DNA from: Macrostomum lignano | Lineage: Eukaryota | Direction: 5' to 3' | Length of the DNA: 64,000 nt | NCBI GenBank assembly: GCA_002269645.1 | Contig: NIVC01002153.1 | Location: forward strand, 135,595 to 199,594 | Shown: positions 37,801 through 48,690 of the stretch, one piece after another | Position numbering within the stretch: the first letter of the stretch is position 1 | Layout of the letters: each line of letters begins with the position of its first letter | The notes under the pieces: generated by a model | Seen by the model: only the letters and a program-made list of their open reading frames with translations | What the model was told of the DNA's origin: nothing | Databases searched by the model: none | Program-made: the position numbers and the translations under genes

Positions 37801-38902
37801 AAAGTGTGACAGGCCCATAGCAACCGAGGATCTGTGAGTGTGACAGGTCCATAGCAACCGAGGATCTGTGAGTGTGACAGGCCCATAGCAACCGAAGATG
37901 GGTGTGACAGGCCCATAGCAACCGAGGATCTGTGAGTGTGATAGGCCCATAGCAACCGAGGATCTGTGAGTGTGACAGGCCCATAGCAACCGAGGATCTG
38001 TGAGTGTGACAGGCTCATAGCAACCGAGGATCTGTGAGTGTGACAGACCCATAGCAACCGAGGATCTGTGAGTGTGACAGACCCATAGCAACCGAGGATC
38101 TGTGAGTGTGACAGACCCATAGCAACCGAGGATCTGTGAGTGTGACAGACCCATAGCAACGGAGGATCTGTGAGTGTGACAGGCCCATAGCAACGGAGGA
38201 TCTGTGAGTGTGACAGGCCCATAGCAACGGAGGATCTGTGAGTGTGACAGGCCCATAGCAACCGAGGATCTGTGAGTGTGACAGGCCCATAGCAACCGCC
38301 AGATAGCCCCCTACCTTCCACTCAGCGGACAGTTCGCCAGTATCGCTAAGGTCTCCACCGCTAGTTCTGGCAATCTTTGCCGGGCTACCAGCCGACGCAC
38401 CGAAGGCGGCGCCGCTGCCGCCCGGAGCGCCGACAATGTCAAAACTGCCGAACATGCTGCCGCTAGCGTCGTCGTCCAGAATCTGACAATCGTCATCAGA
38501 GTTGTACTCTCGTTTTAATGAGCCAGCCGACATAAAGTCGGCGACAGCGCCGCTGCTTGACGGCTGCTGCTGCATCTTCATAGCCGAGTTGCCGATTTGC
38601 GATCCAGATGATCCAATATTCGCCGTCGGCGGAGGCGGAGGCGGCGGACATCTGGCGTGAGCATCGGCCGTGTCGGCAATCCTGACAAATTGCGGTTCCA
38701 TAGCTTCGACTAGATGAGAATTCAATTGGGTGACGATTTTGAAAGCGACCATCAGATCTCTAGCAGCCATGCTGTCAATCAGCATAGTGGCATTAGTGAT
38801 GGTGCACTCGAACAGTGTCAAAGGCGAGAATGCGCCTCCGCCGCCGGCGCCACCGCCGGCACCCATCTGCTGCGGGGTCATCATAGCAATGCTGGCCGCC
38901 AT
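22471..38902 (-). CDS. Gene B: C14orf93-like paralog with a mutually exclusive exon-3 cassette (~397 aa per isoform with a 107-nt exon 3)
   Basis: Exon 1 38902-38315 (PLTLFECT domain), exon 2 37695-37527 (GILRKAYRQLK..VFDFSLPYSAPVN, ends phase 1), alternative exon 3s at 34661-37086 (phase 1 to 0), terminal exon 22800-22471 (KLNRRQKAF..FTSSDEE..VKQLPWESDEL..RLD..SSRPPP). Same intron positions as gene A. The link to the terminal exon across about 12 kb is inferred. Confidence 0.75.
22850..23125 (+). repeat. ~33-bp minisatellite TCATCCTGAAGTGACCCTGAAGCTTATTAATAC
   Basis: Tandem repetition. Confidence 0.9.
23330..24192 (+). repeat. 32/36-bp minisatellite AGACAGAAGACTGAAAGCAACTCAGAGATGGG
   Basis: Tandem repetition. 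Confidence 0.95.
24705..27442 (+). repeat. 21-bp minisatellite ATGAATGACAGACTGAGACAC with variants
   Basis: 2.7-kb tandem array; source of the 900-aa spurious ORFs. Confidence 0.97.
27990..28810 (+). repeat. CT-rich simple repeat (TCCTCTCTTATCTC-type)
   Basis: Direct. Confidence 0.93.
29595..31985 (+). repeat. 21-bp minisatellite GAGGATGGAGACTGGGAGAAA with variants
   Basis: 2.4-kb tandem array. Confidence 0.97.
32481..32645 (+). promoter_or_regulatory. Pol II promoter: three ~48-bp repeats each with CCAAT, plus TATA and Inr
   Basis: CCAAT at 32491, 32540 and 32588; TATATAA at 32613; TCAGTC initiator at 32640-32645, with the A 29 nt after the TATA start. Confidence 0.8.
32738..32798 (+). 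ncRNA. pre-miRNA-like hairpin, family 1 copy a (5p UGGCGCUUUCUAGUCCAACGUG)
   Basis: 5p arm pairs with CCGTTGTACTAAAGAGTGGTCCA; lower stem TTATGG/CCATAA; CGAC at 32815. Confidence 0.7.
32852..32946 (+). ncRNA. pre-miRNA-like hairpin, family 2 copy a
   Basis: TTGTACACGC/GTGTGTACAA core stem extended by CAAC/GTTG and AAGGCG/CGCCTT; CGAC at 32951. Confidence 0.6.
33035..33107 (+). ncRNA. Possible additional hairpin
   Basis: GCTTGGTGTA/TATACTAAGC and TACTGT/ACAGTA stems with a large internal loop; no clear CNNC. Confidence 0.35.
33123..33180 (+). ncRNA. pre-miRNA-like hairpin, family 2 copy b
   Basis: GTACACGTGA/TCATGTGTAC, CTCT/AGAG and AGGGT/GCCCT stems; 3p arm ATGTGTACAGAGTAAG resembles GTGTGTACAAGGTAAG of the 32852 hairpin. 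Confidence 0.55.
33237..33296 (+). ncRNA. pre-miRNA-like hairpin, family 1 copy b (5p UGGCGCUUUAUAGUCCAACGUG)
   Basis: Full-arm pairing; lower stem ATTG/CAAT; CGAC at 33312. Confidence 0.72.
33357..33421 (+). ncRNA. pre-miRNA-like hairpin, family 1 copy c
   Basis: Identical 5p arm; lower stem ACTCTGT/ACAGAGT; CAAC at 33437. Confidence 0.72.
33477..33543 (+). ncRNA. pre-miRNA-like hairpin, family 1 copy d
   Basis: Identical 5p arm; lower stem AATAT/ATATT and AGCC/GGCT; CAGC at 33561. Confidence 0.72.
33715..34620 (+). repeat. Composite minisatellite (AGTACTGCTAGTCATCATCCATACTGCTCATTATCCTA modules)
   Basis: Tandem modules with variable order. Confidence 0.92.
34661..34767 (-). CDS. Gene B alternative exon 3i (107 nt): KRCHDYFRRYYSMNLKFSHKQRETVRFTSQIISRIT
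   Basis: TTTTCTAG| ... |GTAAAT, phase 1 to 0, open; Y6, Y10-Y11, L15-K16 pattern. Confidence 0.8.
34862..34980 (-). CDS. Gene B alternative exon 3h (119 nt): KANNFYLRTVVYKNMRRKFLEEERVTTLNSYIASARHTLV
   Basis: CACTTACAG| ... |GTAAGC, phase 1 to 0, open; Y6, M15-R16, F19. Confidence 0.75.
35240..35334 (-). CDS. Gene B possible alternative exon 3g (95 nt): MDWPKYIIADPISKLQTCQSHFSCLYFYKIAY
   Basis: AAG| ... |GTATTC, phase 1 to 0, K5-Y6 and L15 kept; weak acceptor and divergent middle. Confidence 0.35.
35726..35844 (-). CDS. Gene B alternative exon 3f (119 nt): NSSKRYFQYNFFKSLKQSHSALARERKLHSLLNTRVATFS
   Basis: CATTACAG| ... |GTGAGA, phase 1 to 0; aligns without gaps to exon 3e (S.S..A...K...L.NT). 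An alternative donor at 104 nt is possible. Confidence 0.75.
36085..36191 (-). CDS. Gene B alternative exon 3e (107 nt): IAIQKYTGTYYRDTLRKSYSLEANRLKSNKLINTYS
   Basis: GCTTACAG| ... |GTACGC, phase 1 to 0, open. Confidence 0.78.
36350..36456 (-). CDS. Gene B alternative exon 3d (107 nt): KPALKYMRYHFDHNLKCKFRTTQLNKNLSSNMQKIF
   Basis: CCTTTTTAG| ... |GTAATT, phase 1 to 0, open. Confidence 0.75.
36570..36628 (-). CDS. Gene B alternative exon 3c (59 nt, short): KAGFKYLTVYYRDLKMHQIF
   Basis: TTATTTTAG| ... |GTAATT, phase 1 to 0; K5-Y6-L7, YY, LK. Confidence 0.6.
36770..36876 (-). CDS. Gene B alternative exon 3b (107 nt): NLASKYLRNYYSTYLKYRQKTIDAGASVMRQLRQSL
   Basis: CTTTATAG| ... |GTAAGT, phase 1 to 0, open. 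Confidence 0.8.
36992..37086 (-). CDS. Gene B alternative exon 3a (95 nt): SLGIKYLNSWYYGFLKSDYNRSRAKNRFYSVF
   Basis: GATCAG| ... |GTAAGT, phase 1 to 0, open. Confidence 0.75.
37527..37695 (-). CDS. Gene B constant exon 2
   Basis: CCCAG| ... A|GTAAGT, 169 nt, homologous to gene A exon 2. Confidence 0.85.
37800..38297 (+). repeat. 34-bp minisatellite GTGTGACAGGCCCATAGCAACCGAGGATCTGTGA (gene B intron 1)
   Basis: Tandem repetition. Confidence 0.95.
38315..38902 (-). CDS. Gene B exon 1 (PLTLFECT domain plus low-complexity linker)
   Basis: ATG at 38902; donor AAG|GTAGGG, phase 0. Confidence 0.85.
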
Positions 38903-39074
38903 TTGTTCTGCTGTGCTGGTAGTGGGAAATTATTAAATTCTGCGATTGTCTTTCAAATTCGATTATTGATCAGCTTGTTATTGAGGCGAGGCACGCTTGA
39001 GAACAGTGCTTGTTGCTAATGCATGCAAGCGAATTTATTTGTTTTATTAAACTCGAAACAGTGCGATTGGAGAT

Positions 39075-39990
39075 TCACTCTGATCTAGATTGAGAGTCAC
39101 TCTCTGACTTGGATTGAGAGTCACTCTGACTTGGATTGAGAGTTACTCTGACCTGGATTGAAAGTCACTCTGACCTGGATTGAGAGTCACTCTGACTTGG
39201 ATGAGAGTCACTCTGACTTGGATTAAGAGTTACTCTGACCTGGATTGAGAATCACTCTGACCTGGATTGAGAGTCACTCTGACTTGGATAGAGATTCACT
39301 CCGACTTAAATAGACATTCCCTCTGACTAGGATAGAGGTTCACTCCGAATTGGATAGAGATTCACCCTGACTTGGATAACGATTCACTCTGACTTAAGAG
39401 ATTCACTCTGAATTGGATATATTCTCTGACTAGGATAGAGATTCACTCTGACTTGGATAGAGATTCACTCTTAGATTGAAATACACTCTGACTTGGATTG
39501 AGAGTCACTTTGACTTGAATAGATATTCACTCGGATTTGGATAGAGATTCACTCCGACTTAGATAGAGGTTCACTCTGACTTGGATAGAGATTTACTCTG
39601 ACTTCGATAGAGATTCACTCTGACTTGGATAGAGATTCACTCTGACTTGGATAGAGATTCACTCTGACTTGGATAGAGATTCACTCGGAATTGGATTGAG
39701 ATTCACTCTGACTAGGATAGAGATTCACTCTGACTTGGATAGAGATTCACTCTGACTAGGATAGAGATTCACTCTGAATTGGATAGAAATTCACTCTAAC
39801 TTGGGTTGAGATTCACTCTGACTTCGGTTGAGATTCACTCTGACTTTGGTTGAGATTCACTCGGAATTGGATAGAGATTCACTCTGACTCAGATAGAGAT
39901 TCACTCCGACTTGGATAGATTGACTAGATAATAGAGTCACTTTGACTAGATAATAGAGTCACTCTGACTAAATAATGGAGAGTCACTCTC
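39075..39990 (+). repeat. ~22-bp minisatellite AGAGATTCACTCTGACTTGGAT
   Basis: Degenerate tandem repetition. Confidence 0.92.
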
Positions 39991-40434
39991 ATAATCAAGG
40001 GCAGTCACTTACAACTAAGTTCTGCAGGGTTAATGTTAAGTCACAGATAAACTGTCGAATGAAAACAGATTAAAATTTCAACAAATTTATGGAACAATAC
40101 ATGTAGACACTAAATAAACAAGTATATGAGAAAAATAAAAAAAACCTCCGCATATTATAGACAATTGCATCAGAATAATTCAACATTGATTGGTAAACAT
40201 GGATCTGTTAGTTACAAGTAATTAAAAAATCATAAGCGACAAATATTTTTTTTCACAGAGCACAATCTCACTTCGATAAATTGCAAACCTATAAATCAAT
40301 ACGTTGTGTCCGTGCGGTTTTACTAAATTAAAATTATTCAGGAAAATAACAAAAACAACAACTAGCAGGGCGACATACCTACACACAACGCCATTTACTT
40401 TCAAGAATTGTCAAATCGCGAAATTTAAAAATAT

Positions 40435-40848
40435 CTGCCAATTTCAACCTACCAACTGCCAATTTCAACCTACAAACTGCTAACTTCAACCTACAAACTG
40501 CCAACTTCAACCTACAAACTGCCAATTTCAACCTACAAACTGCCAATTTCAACCTACAAACTGCCAATTTCAACCTACAAACTGCCAACTTCAACCTACA
40601 AACTGCCAACTTCAACCTACAAACTGCCAACTTCAACTTACAAACTGCCAACTTCAACCTACCAACTGCCAATTTCAACCCACAAACTGCCAACTTCAAC
40701 TTACAAACTGCCAACTTCAACCTACCAACTGCCAATTTCAACCCACAAACTGCCAACTTCAACCTACCAACTGCCAATTTCAACCTACAAACTGCAAACT
40801 TCAACCTACAAACTGCCAATTTCTACCTACAAACTGCCAACTTCAACC
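40435..40848 (+). repeat. 21-bp minisatellite AACTGCCAACTTCAACCTACA
   Basis: Tandem repetition. Confidence 0.95.
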
Positions 40849-41374
40849 AATCAATAATAAAACGAAATAATTTAAGGAATGCAACCTACGATTTTCGTAT
40901 GAGTACAAATATGATTTACAATTTTACTGATTTACTGAATATTAATTAATATAATTTCCAGTCAAGAAATTACTTCAAATGGAGATTAAAACTATAGTCA
41001 GGTACGCAACAAAAAAGTTAACGCAAAGTTGCAATTGGTTTGCAGTGAAAATATAGCATTTGTATTTATATTTCGTTTTGACAAGAATTTACTAGCTTAA
41101 AATGTAAATCAACAGATTAATACCTACGTATTGAAACAGTAACGGTGCTCTGTGTACCCGCTGGATAAAAAATTGAACTGATTTTATAAGTTGAATAATA
41201 AACCAAACTAATATTGGCATGTCTAACGTTAATAATATCGATGGTCGCGCTGATACATGCTGACAATACAGTATAACTAAATTAAACTGCACTGAAGGAA
41301 ACATTTCGCTGACTCAAATTCAAATATTGTTGTCTCATCACGGATGACAATTACATAGGTGAATGGGAAACCTC

Positions 41375-41700
41375 GGGATGAGGGACATCTAGTCTCTAGA
41401 TGAGGGAAATCTAGTCTCTAGATGACGGACACGTAGTCTCTAGATGAGGGACACCTAGTCTCTAGATGAGGGACACCTAGTCTCTAGATGATGGACACGT
41501 AGTCTCTAGATGAGGGACACCTAGTCTCTAGATGAGGGACACCAAGTTTCCAGATGAGGGATACCTAGTCTCTAGATGAGGGACAACTAGTCTCTAGATG
41601 AGGGACACCTAGTCTCTAGATGAGGGAAAACGGGTCTCTAGATGAGAGTCATTTAGTCTCTGGATGAGAGACACTAAAGTCCATAAATAAAGGACACCTA
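41375..41700 (+). repeat. 22-bp minisatellite GATGAGGGACACCTAGTCTCTA
   Basis: Tandem repetition. Confidence 0.92.
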
Positions 41701-42038
41701 GTCTAACTGTTAGTCTCTAAATGATAAGTGATACTTTCTGTAGATCTATAGCCAGTCTCTACATGAGGGACAGTGGATATAGAGATGCCACAAAACAAAG
41801 ACAACTCAAGATATAAGCAAAAGCATATTATTCAATAATAGAGATAAAAATAGCCAATGATAATCGCATAAAGATCTTGAGAGCATCAGACAGACGGAGG
41901 ACCAATACACGGTTGACGGAGTACTTAAATAGCATCTGTAATTTTGCACTCGAGCCCTAAAATATACTTTATAATATGAATACGCCACAATGTAAAGAAT
42001 ACGAGTAGGCAATAAATGAGAAGTAAATAGTCAATAGA

Positions 42039-43922
42039 TTAGTTATTACTTCGAACAGACAGATAAATCACCAACCCGATGACAAGTAGTACAATTAGAA
42101 CTATGATAGCCAATATGATCTTCTTGCGTCTAGCTGATCGCTTGTAACTAACAGCTTTGCCCAGCTGTTTGTTGCCGGTTTCTACGTGCATGACAGCCTC
42201 GCTGACGTGGTCCTCGATGCTGTCCAGCATCTCGCCTTGGTCGTGCACCATGTGGGCCAGGTCCTTGAATAGCTCGTTGATGCCTGTAAGGGAGAATTGA
42301 GATAGGGATGAAATGACAAGCTGCTGTGACGACAAGGGGATCTGGGAGGCTGGCCCAGCAACTGGGGATCTGGGAGGCTGGCCCAGCAACTGGGGATCTG
42401 GGAGGCTGGCCCAAAAACTGAGGATCTGGGAGGCTGGACCAGCAACTGGGAATCTGAGAGGCTGGCCCAGCAACTGACACTCTGGGCGGCTGGCCCAGCA
42501 ACTGAGGTCTGGGAGGCTGGCCCAGCAACTGAGGATCTCAGAGGCTGGCCCAGCAACTGAGGATCTCAGAGACTGGCCCAGCAACTGAGGATCTCAGAGG
42601 CTGGCCCAGCAATTGAGGATCTCAGAGGCTGGCCCAGCAATTGAGGATCTCAGAGGCTGGCCCAGCAACTGAGGATCTCAGAGGCTGGCCCAGCAACTAA
42701 GGATCTGGGAGACTGAGGATTTGGGAAACAAGCACAATACCGGAACGCACCAACAATATCCTGCTCCAGCTGATGCAGCTGCTGTTCCCGCTGCTCAGCA
42801 GCCTGGAGATCCAGCTGCTGTTGCTGCTGCTGCTGCTGGCCGCCCAGTCTGAACGGGCTGTCTGCATCAACAAGCTGAGCAGGTTGCTGCTGTTGCTGAT
42901 CAAACAGGGAGTCCAGCCCACTCCCGCCAGCTTCGCGCCGCTGTTTAGCTGCGGCCTCCTTCTCTCGGGCCTGGACGAGGCGCTGCACCTCTTGAAAATC
43001 GCCAGCCACTTTGGTTACCTGGTTAAAGAAAACGAATTGAGCCTGATGAATTACCGAGGGAAGTGTCCAATCTCAACAATTTTAAAATAGCTATAATTTT
43101 TTAATCCAATTCTACTTGAATTAATCTTGCCAAAATTTAAATTTAAATATCGAATTAAATCTATCTCACTCGATCTAATTTAACCAATCTTGATCTATTC
43201 TCGCCCGATCTAAAATAATCACTCTGGATCTAATCTCATTAGATTTAAACCGATAAATCTTAATCTAATCTCCATCGATCTAAACTTATCAACCTTGATC
43301 TAATCTCACGCCATCTAATCTAACCAATATTGATCTAATCTCACTGAATCTAAACCGAACGATCTTGATCTAATCTTACTCAATCTAAACCAATTAATCT
43401 TTATCTAATCTTACTCAATCTAAACCAATAAATCTTGATCTAATCTCACTCAATCTAAACCAATAAATCTTGATCTAATCTCACTCAATCTAAACCAATA
43501 AATCTTGATCTAATCTCACTGAATCTAAACCAATCAATCTTCATCTAATCTCACTAAATCTAAACAAATAAATATTGATGTAATCTCTCAATCTAAACCA
43601 ATCGATATAAATCACATAGTAAAAGATGCAGTACACTCCGCACCTGATCCACCAAGCGATCCTTCTGCACTCGCCGCATAGCCGCAGCCATGCCCTGACA
43701 CATTGGAGTCAAATCTCTCTTCAACTGTTCAGTAGCCCGCTGGCATTGAGACAATGTTGTATGCGTCAGCGAGTGAATCTGAGAACGCAATGCTTCGGAA
43801 TCTCGGTCCGTACCAATTTTATTAGACAAATTGCGTATCTGGCCAGTGTTAGTCTGTACGCCAGTTACTAGTTGACTAATCTCGGCGGCCAGATTAGCAA
43901 AACGCTCATCGTCTGTAGACAT
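42039..43922 (-). CDS. STX7: Syntaxin-7/12-like Qa-SNARE, 263 aa, 3 exons
   Basis: Exons 43922-43644, 43018-42751, 42283-42039 (phases 0,1). Habc region (IGTDRDSEALRSQI), SNARE motif INELFKDLAHMVHDQGEMLDSIE and C-terminal TM helix. STX7 versus STX12 is not resolvable by eye. Confidence 0.9.
42338..42715 (+). repeat. 28-bp GGCCCAGCAACTGAGGATCT-family minisatellite (syntaxin intron 2)
   Basis: Tandem repetition. Confidence 0.92.
43150..43600 (+). repeat. Degenerate ~35-bp repeat TCTAATCTCACTCAATCTAAACCAATAAATCTTGA (syntaxin intron 1)
   Basis: Tandem repetition. Confidence 0.85.
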
Positions 43923-46139
43923 CTTTGATGATTTATTGATTGTACTGAGTATTCAATCAGATGAATGAGTTGAAATTTTTATTGCACAATAATGGCTGAA
44001 AAATAGAATGGTAACTGGTTGCTATTACTTTAAGTAGTAGCATGAGAAATTTAGTTCTTTAGTTTTAAACTAATTACAATTTGCTATTATAATTATAATT
44101 TGCTATAGTACGAGCTATGTTATATATCAATAAATTTAGTGAATGAGAGCTTTGTTTTACAAAAAAATTGCGTCACAAATCATCATTAATATAAATGGAT
44201 GCATTTAGGATAGAAAGATTTTTAACATGTTTTTTTCATTGCATGTTTATTGACTAAATGCACAATAAATATAAAACAGTGACTTATAAAGTAAAAGTTA
44301 AAGTTAAGGATCACAACTACTTTTAGGCCTATGCCAGAATAAATATATAATATCTTAGCTCAATTTGTATAACCCTAACAAATTATCTTCAACAAGACTT
44401 TTAGGCTGATCCTTATTAATTGCCTTATAAATTCATTATTACAAAAAGTAGCTATGTTATATTGTATCTCTTTATTTTTATTTTTATTATATAGATACAT
44501 ATAAAAAATATTTTATTAGCATAGTTATTGTTTATTTCTTTGGCATTTTTAGTACCTACACATCTAAAACCCTTGTTATATATGGGACTTTTTCTTTATT
44601 TAGTCTGTGCATTCTTTCTATTTCCTAGGTTTTATCTTTCTAATTCAGTGCTTCTAATAGTAACTTGCATGGTACTTATTGTGTCACTGTATTTTGCTAT
44701 AGTAAAACAATTTGTTTTGATTTACACATAAATGTAGACTAGACAGCACATCAATTCAAACTTTTGAATAGAATAGAAATAGGGGAACTGGTTGCAAAGG
44801 AAAGTGGGTTGGTGGCGGGCCAACAATGGGGGTACAAATGTAATACATAATTGTTAAAAGCTGACTGTACAGTGGAATTGGACTTTCTAAGAATGCATCA
44901 AATAATGATAAACTTGTTTTTTAATTTTCTTTTTCAGTAATAAATATTTTAGTCCATTAGTAGTGCAACAAAAAAATTGTTAAAGGGGGCAGATTCTGAA
45001 GAGTAAAGGGGTGGGTTTCACAAACGCAAAATTTCATAACCGCTAAAAGCACTAGCTTTCATAAATGCAAAACTTCACAACTGCTAAATTGTTTGCAGTC
45101 ACTTTCATAAACATGAAACTTCACAACTGCAAAACTTCATAACCACTAAAACACCTACTTTCATAAGTGCTAAATTTCATAAATGCGAAACTTCACAACC
45201 ACTAATTTTTTTGCAGTCACTTTCACAAACTCGAAACTTCACAACCGCTAAATGTCACCTACTTTCACAACTGCTAGATGCCATCTACTTTCACAACTGC
45301 TAAATGTCATCTACTTTCACAACCGCTAAATGTCATCTACTTTCACAACCACTAAATGTCATCTACTTTCACAACCGCTAAATGTCATCTACTTTCACAA
45401 CCACTAAATGTCATCTACTTTCACAACTGCAAAATGTCATCTACTTTTACAACCGCTAAATGTCATCTACTTTCACAATTGCAAAACTTTACAACAGCCA
45501 AATGTCCTTCAAGTAATCATTTCTGCAGGTTTCTGTGGTTTAAGAATTAGTTTTAACACAAATGCATATTGTATTGAAAAAACTACATGACACTGCAGGC
45601 TATACAATGCGGCGCATAGCCCATAGGCTGTGGATTTTATTTTTTAAAGGACGTTTTGAAAAAGCTACCTACTTACATTACAAGCCACAACTGATGTGCT
45701 AAGCTAAACCATAGAATTATAGATAATATGGAAGTGAAGTCTTTTAAAAAGGGTTTGAAAAATTTTATATAACTGGGCTCTGGCTGGCCGACTGTTTTTT
45801 CTTATTCCCTTTGGCTTTGACAAAACTGGGCCATTGCTTCCCATTCCATAAAAGGGGTATTGAGTGAGGGGCTGAGGGCCAATGAAATGTGGATACTAGA
45901 ATATGAGCACTGAGCCGTTGTACATGGGTCCGAAACAACTTTTTAGGGTTTAGGGTTAGGTTATAGGAATATTGTAAAGATAGTGATAACTGCCATTTGA
46001 GTGCAATAAGAAAACTTGCTATGTAGTTTCAGTCATTCTCACATCAAGTTAAACTGACAAAGAACGGGTGATGGCTATATAATGTGCTTGGGGAATCGAT
46101 TCAAAAGAAACCCTTTCTATAAACAGCTAACTGTATAGC

Positions 46140-47030
46140 TATTCACTACCCTCTGCAAAAAGAAATGCGGGACCATGGAGGGGCAAGAGGGGATGCAGGT
46201 AAGAGAAATAAACTGTACAGTTACAAGCTAGCTTGTATATACACAAGTCTTTGTTGTGTTGGTAAGATATAAGAAAACTTACAAGAGTTGCCAGAGAAAA
46301 GAGCAGCTCTGCTTTTATCACAGCAGGTTTCAGTCACACCAAAAGCTTCAAAATCTGCCAGGCTCCTTACAGATTGCAAACTCTGGTTTAGATAGTACTG
46401 TTAAGCTTCCTTGGTTAATCTTTCACAGGAACATAGAAGGGGCTTTGTTAACACCTCCTTCATCTTCAACAGCAACCAGCAGTTTGGCACAGGCTCGCTT
46501 GACAGTTTTTTTGCACTGAAATTGACTTGGCAAACTTGCCTGCAACATAGAAAGTGACGATGTCATCAGCATCTCACAATTCACCCACTGCCTCCAGTTC
46601 GCAAATGGATTCCTTGACTTCTTCATCTATGCCTCGGTGCTGCTTGATGATTCCGCAGCAAGGTAGGTACTGAATATCCCGAGGCACAACTCCACTGAAC
46701 TGCTTTTACAGTTTTTCTAGTTGCGCACGTAGTTTTTCTATATCATTAAGATGGCATAGCTGCCAGTCCATATCTGATCTGACTTGATCTCGGCTGGCAA
46801 TCTTTCCTGTGCCTATTGATTGTACTTGTCCTCATATTATGAACATGCCAGCGTGGAACAATGGATCAAACAAAAATTGCTGTCTCATTCCACTGCTTGC
46901 CTTGATTTTGATTTTTTAAATGCTCTTTTGTTCAATCATGCTGCAAGTCAAATTTGAAGCCAGCTTCAAAGGCTTTTGCTCTTCAATGTTTACATGTTTA
47001 CAATGTCTACGTAGGTGATTTGAATTTGTT
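46140..47030 (-). pseudogene. P-element/THAP9-like transposase remnant inside the MULE TIRs
   Basis: Fragments ITYVDIV..EEQKPLKLASNLT..I..K.KIK, FYVAGKFAK...C..C..LL and INQGSLT resemble P-type transposase motifs (LKLAPKLT..., YYIAGY...C..C, NRGGL); many stops and frameshifts. Confidence 0.5.
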
Positions 47031-48410
47031 GAAGGCCATAGGGGCTCAAGGCTTCTCCTAATAGACCAGAATGCATACAGGTGCAAAAGAACATTGAACA
47101 AGAAGTACTATTTTACATGTCGTAATGAAGACTGCTTCGCCAAAGTTATGCTAAGTGGTGAGACTGCCACACACAGTGGGACTCATAAAGATGGTCCAAT
47201 CCCTGATGAAGAAATTGGAAAGATGAAGTTAAAGCGACGACTAAATGAAGCTGAGACAAAACAGCCAGAAAAGTGCCTATGAGTAGTTTTTGACAAAATA
47301 ACAAATGATAAAGCAGCTAGGCCAGATGTTGGATTTCCAGAAATGGAGCTCCGCATGTGGCGAGCAAGATGAGCTGTACAGCCTCGAATCCCAACATCTG
47401 TTGATGAGGCTGTCGAACTTCTGCATGACGTGGACATGCATTTGCAAAACTGCGGAGTAGATAGCAAGAAAGTTTTCCAGAAAAGCAGTCAAGTTGACCA
47501 GCATGCTGCTGTTTTTTTTGCTCACCCTGAACTCCTGGCTGAGCTTCAAAATGCAAACAACATTTTTGTTGATGGCACATTCCGAGTTGTGCCTTGCCTG
47601 TTTTTTCAATTAGTGACCATTGGAATCATTAAACAAGGTTTCTTTTTTCCTTGCTTTTTTGTGCTACTTACTGGCAAGACAAAGGCCCTCTACCATTTAG
47701 TGTGGTCGAAGGTAAAGCAGCTGTTTCCTGCCTTTGAGCCACTGAGTGTCATGATGGATTACAAAATTGCACTGCGAGATTCTCTGCTGGAAGCGTTTCC
47801 AACATCAACCGCTCATGGATGTTGGTTTTACAAGCTGTCCTCACGAAGCTAAAAAAGCTTGGACTATGGAGTGAAGTGTGCCGCAACACTAATGTTTGCA
47901 GCTATGTGAGACTGCATTTGTGCTTGCCTCTGCTTCCTGCGCAACACCTTGCTGCACTTCATGCTGTCCTGCAACCTGAGACATTTGTTACAACACTTGC
48001 CAATGACAAGATGGAAGCACTGCATCGAGCCTACATGTACATCCGGACCTATTGGCTAGAGAGGGTTGGTGCAGCCATCCTCTCTGTGCACAACTGCAAA
48101 GACAGGACCAATAATAAGCAGGAATCCTACCATAGTCATTGGAGGACCTTTGTAGAGACCACTCATCCCAATATGTGAGATTTCATTGTAGTGCTTTATT
48201 CCTCAACGAAAAGAAGCAGTTGTTCAACCTATGCAGCTGACCTAAATAGGCTAAAATGTGGTGTTCCAATCCACCGAGTGCGAGGAAAGTGCAGTGTACT
48301 AAAAAGTATCCGCATTCGGCAGCAGTATGACCTATTAAGCAGTGGACGGGTAACTGCTCTGGAGGTTCTACGCAATTTGAGTGTATCAGCTGGTCTCCCT
48401 CTAGACAACC
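47019..48410 (+). pseudogene. FLYWCH plus MULE DDE transposase, disrupted
   Basis: FVEGHRGSRLLLIDQNAY..YYFTC...C....THKD zinc-finger region; IFVDGTF, VMMDY, GCWF, RTNNKQESYH motifs; in-frame stops and frameshifts. Confidence 0.88.
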
Positions 48411-48439
48411 CACATGATGCTGCTGAACTAGCTGTAGGT

Positions 48440-48690
48440 CAGTTGCCAGATGTTGCCCAGCCGGCCCTTGGCAACGCCGGCAGGCAGCCGCAAGTCATCG
48501 CCCAGCCAGCCCTTGGCAGCTCCAGCGGGCAGCTGCAAGTCATTGCCTAGCCGGCCCTTGGTGGTGCTAGTGGGCAGCCGCAAGACATCACCTAGCTGGC
48601 CATTGGTGGCACTGGTGGGCAGCTGCAAGACGTCACCCAGCCGGCCATTGGCGGCACTGGTGGGCAGCCGCAAGATGCCGCCCAGCATTT
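48440..48690 (+). repeat. 45-bp (15-aa) degenerate tandem repeat in the transposase tail
   Basis: AQPALGNAGRQPQVI-like units repeated about 5 times. Confidence 0.75.

Noticed and set aside
45944-45963. TTAGGG-like run as an interstitial telomere
   Set aside because: Only about 3 imperfect units inside a transposon.
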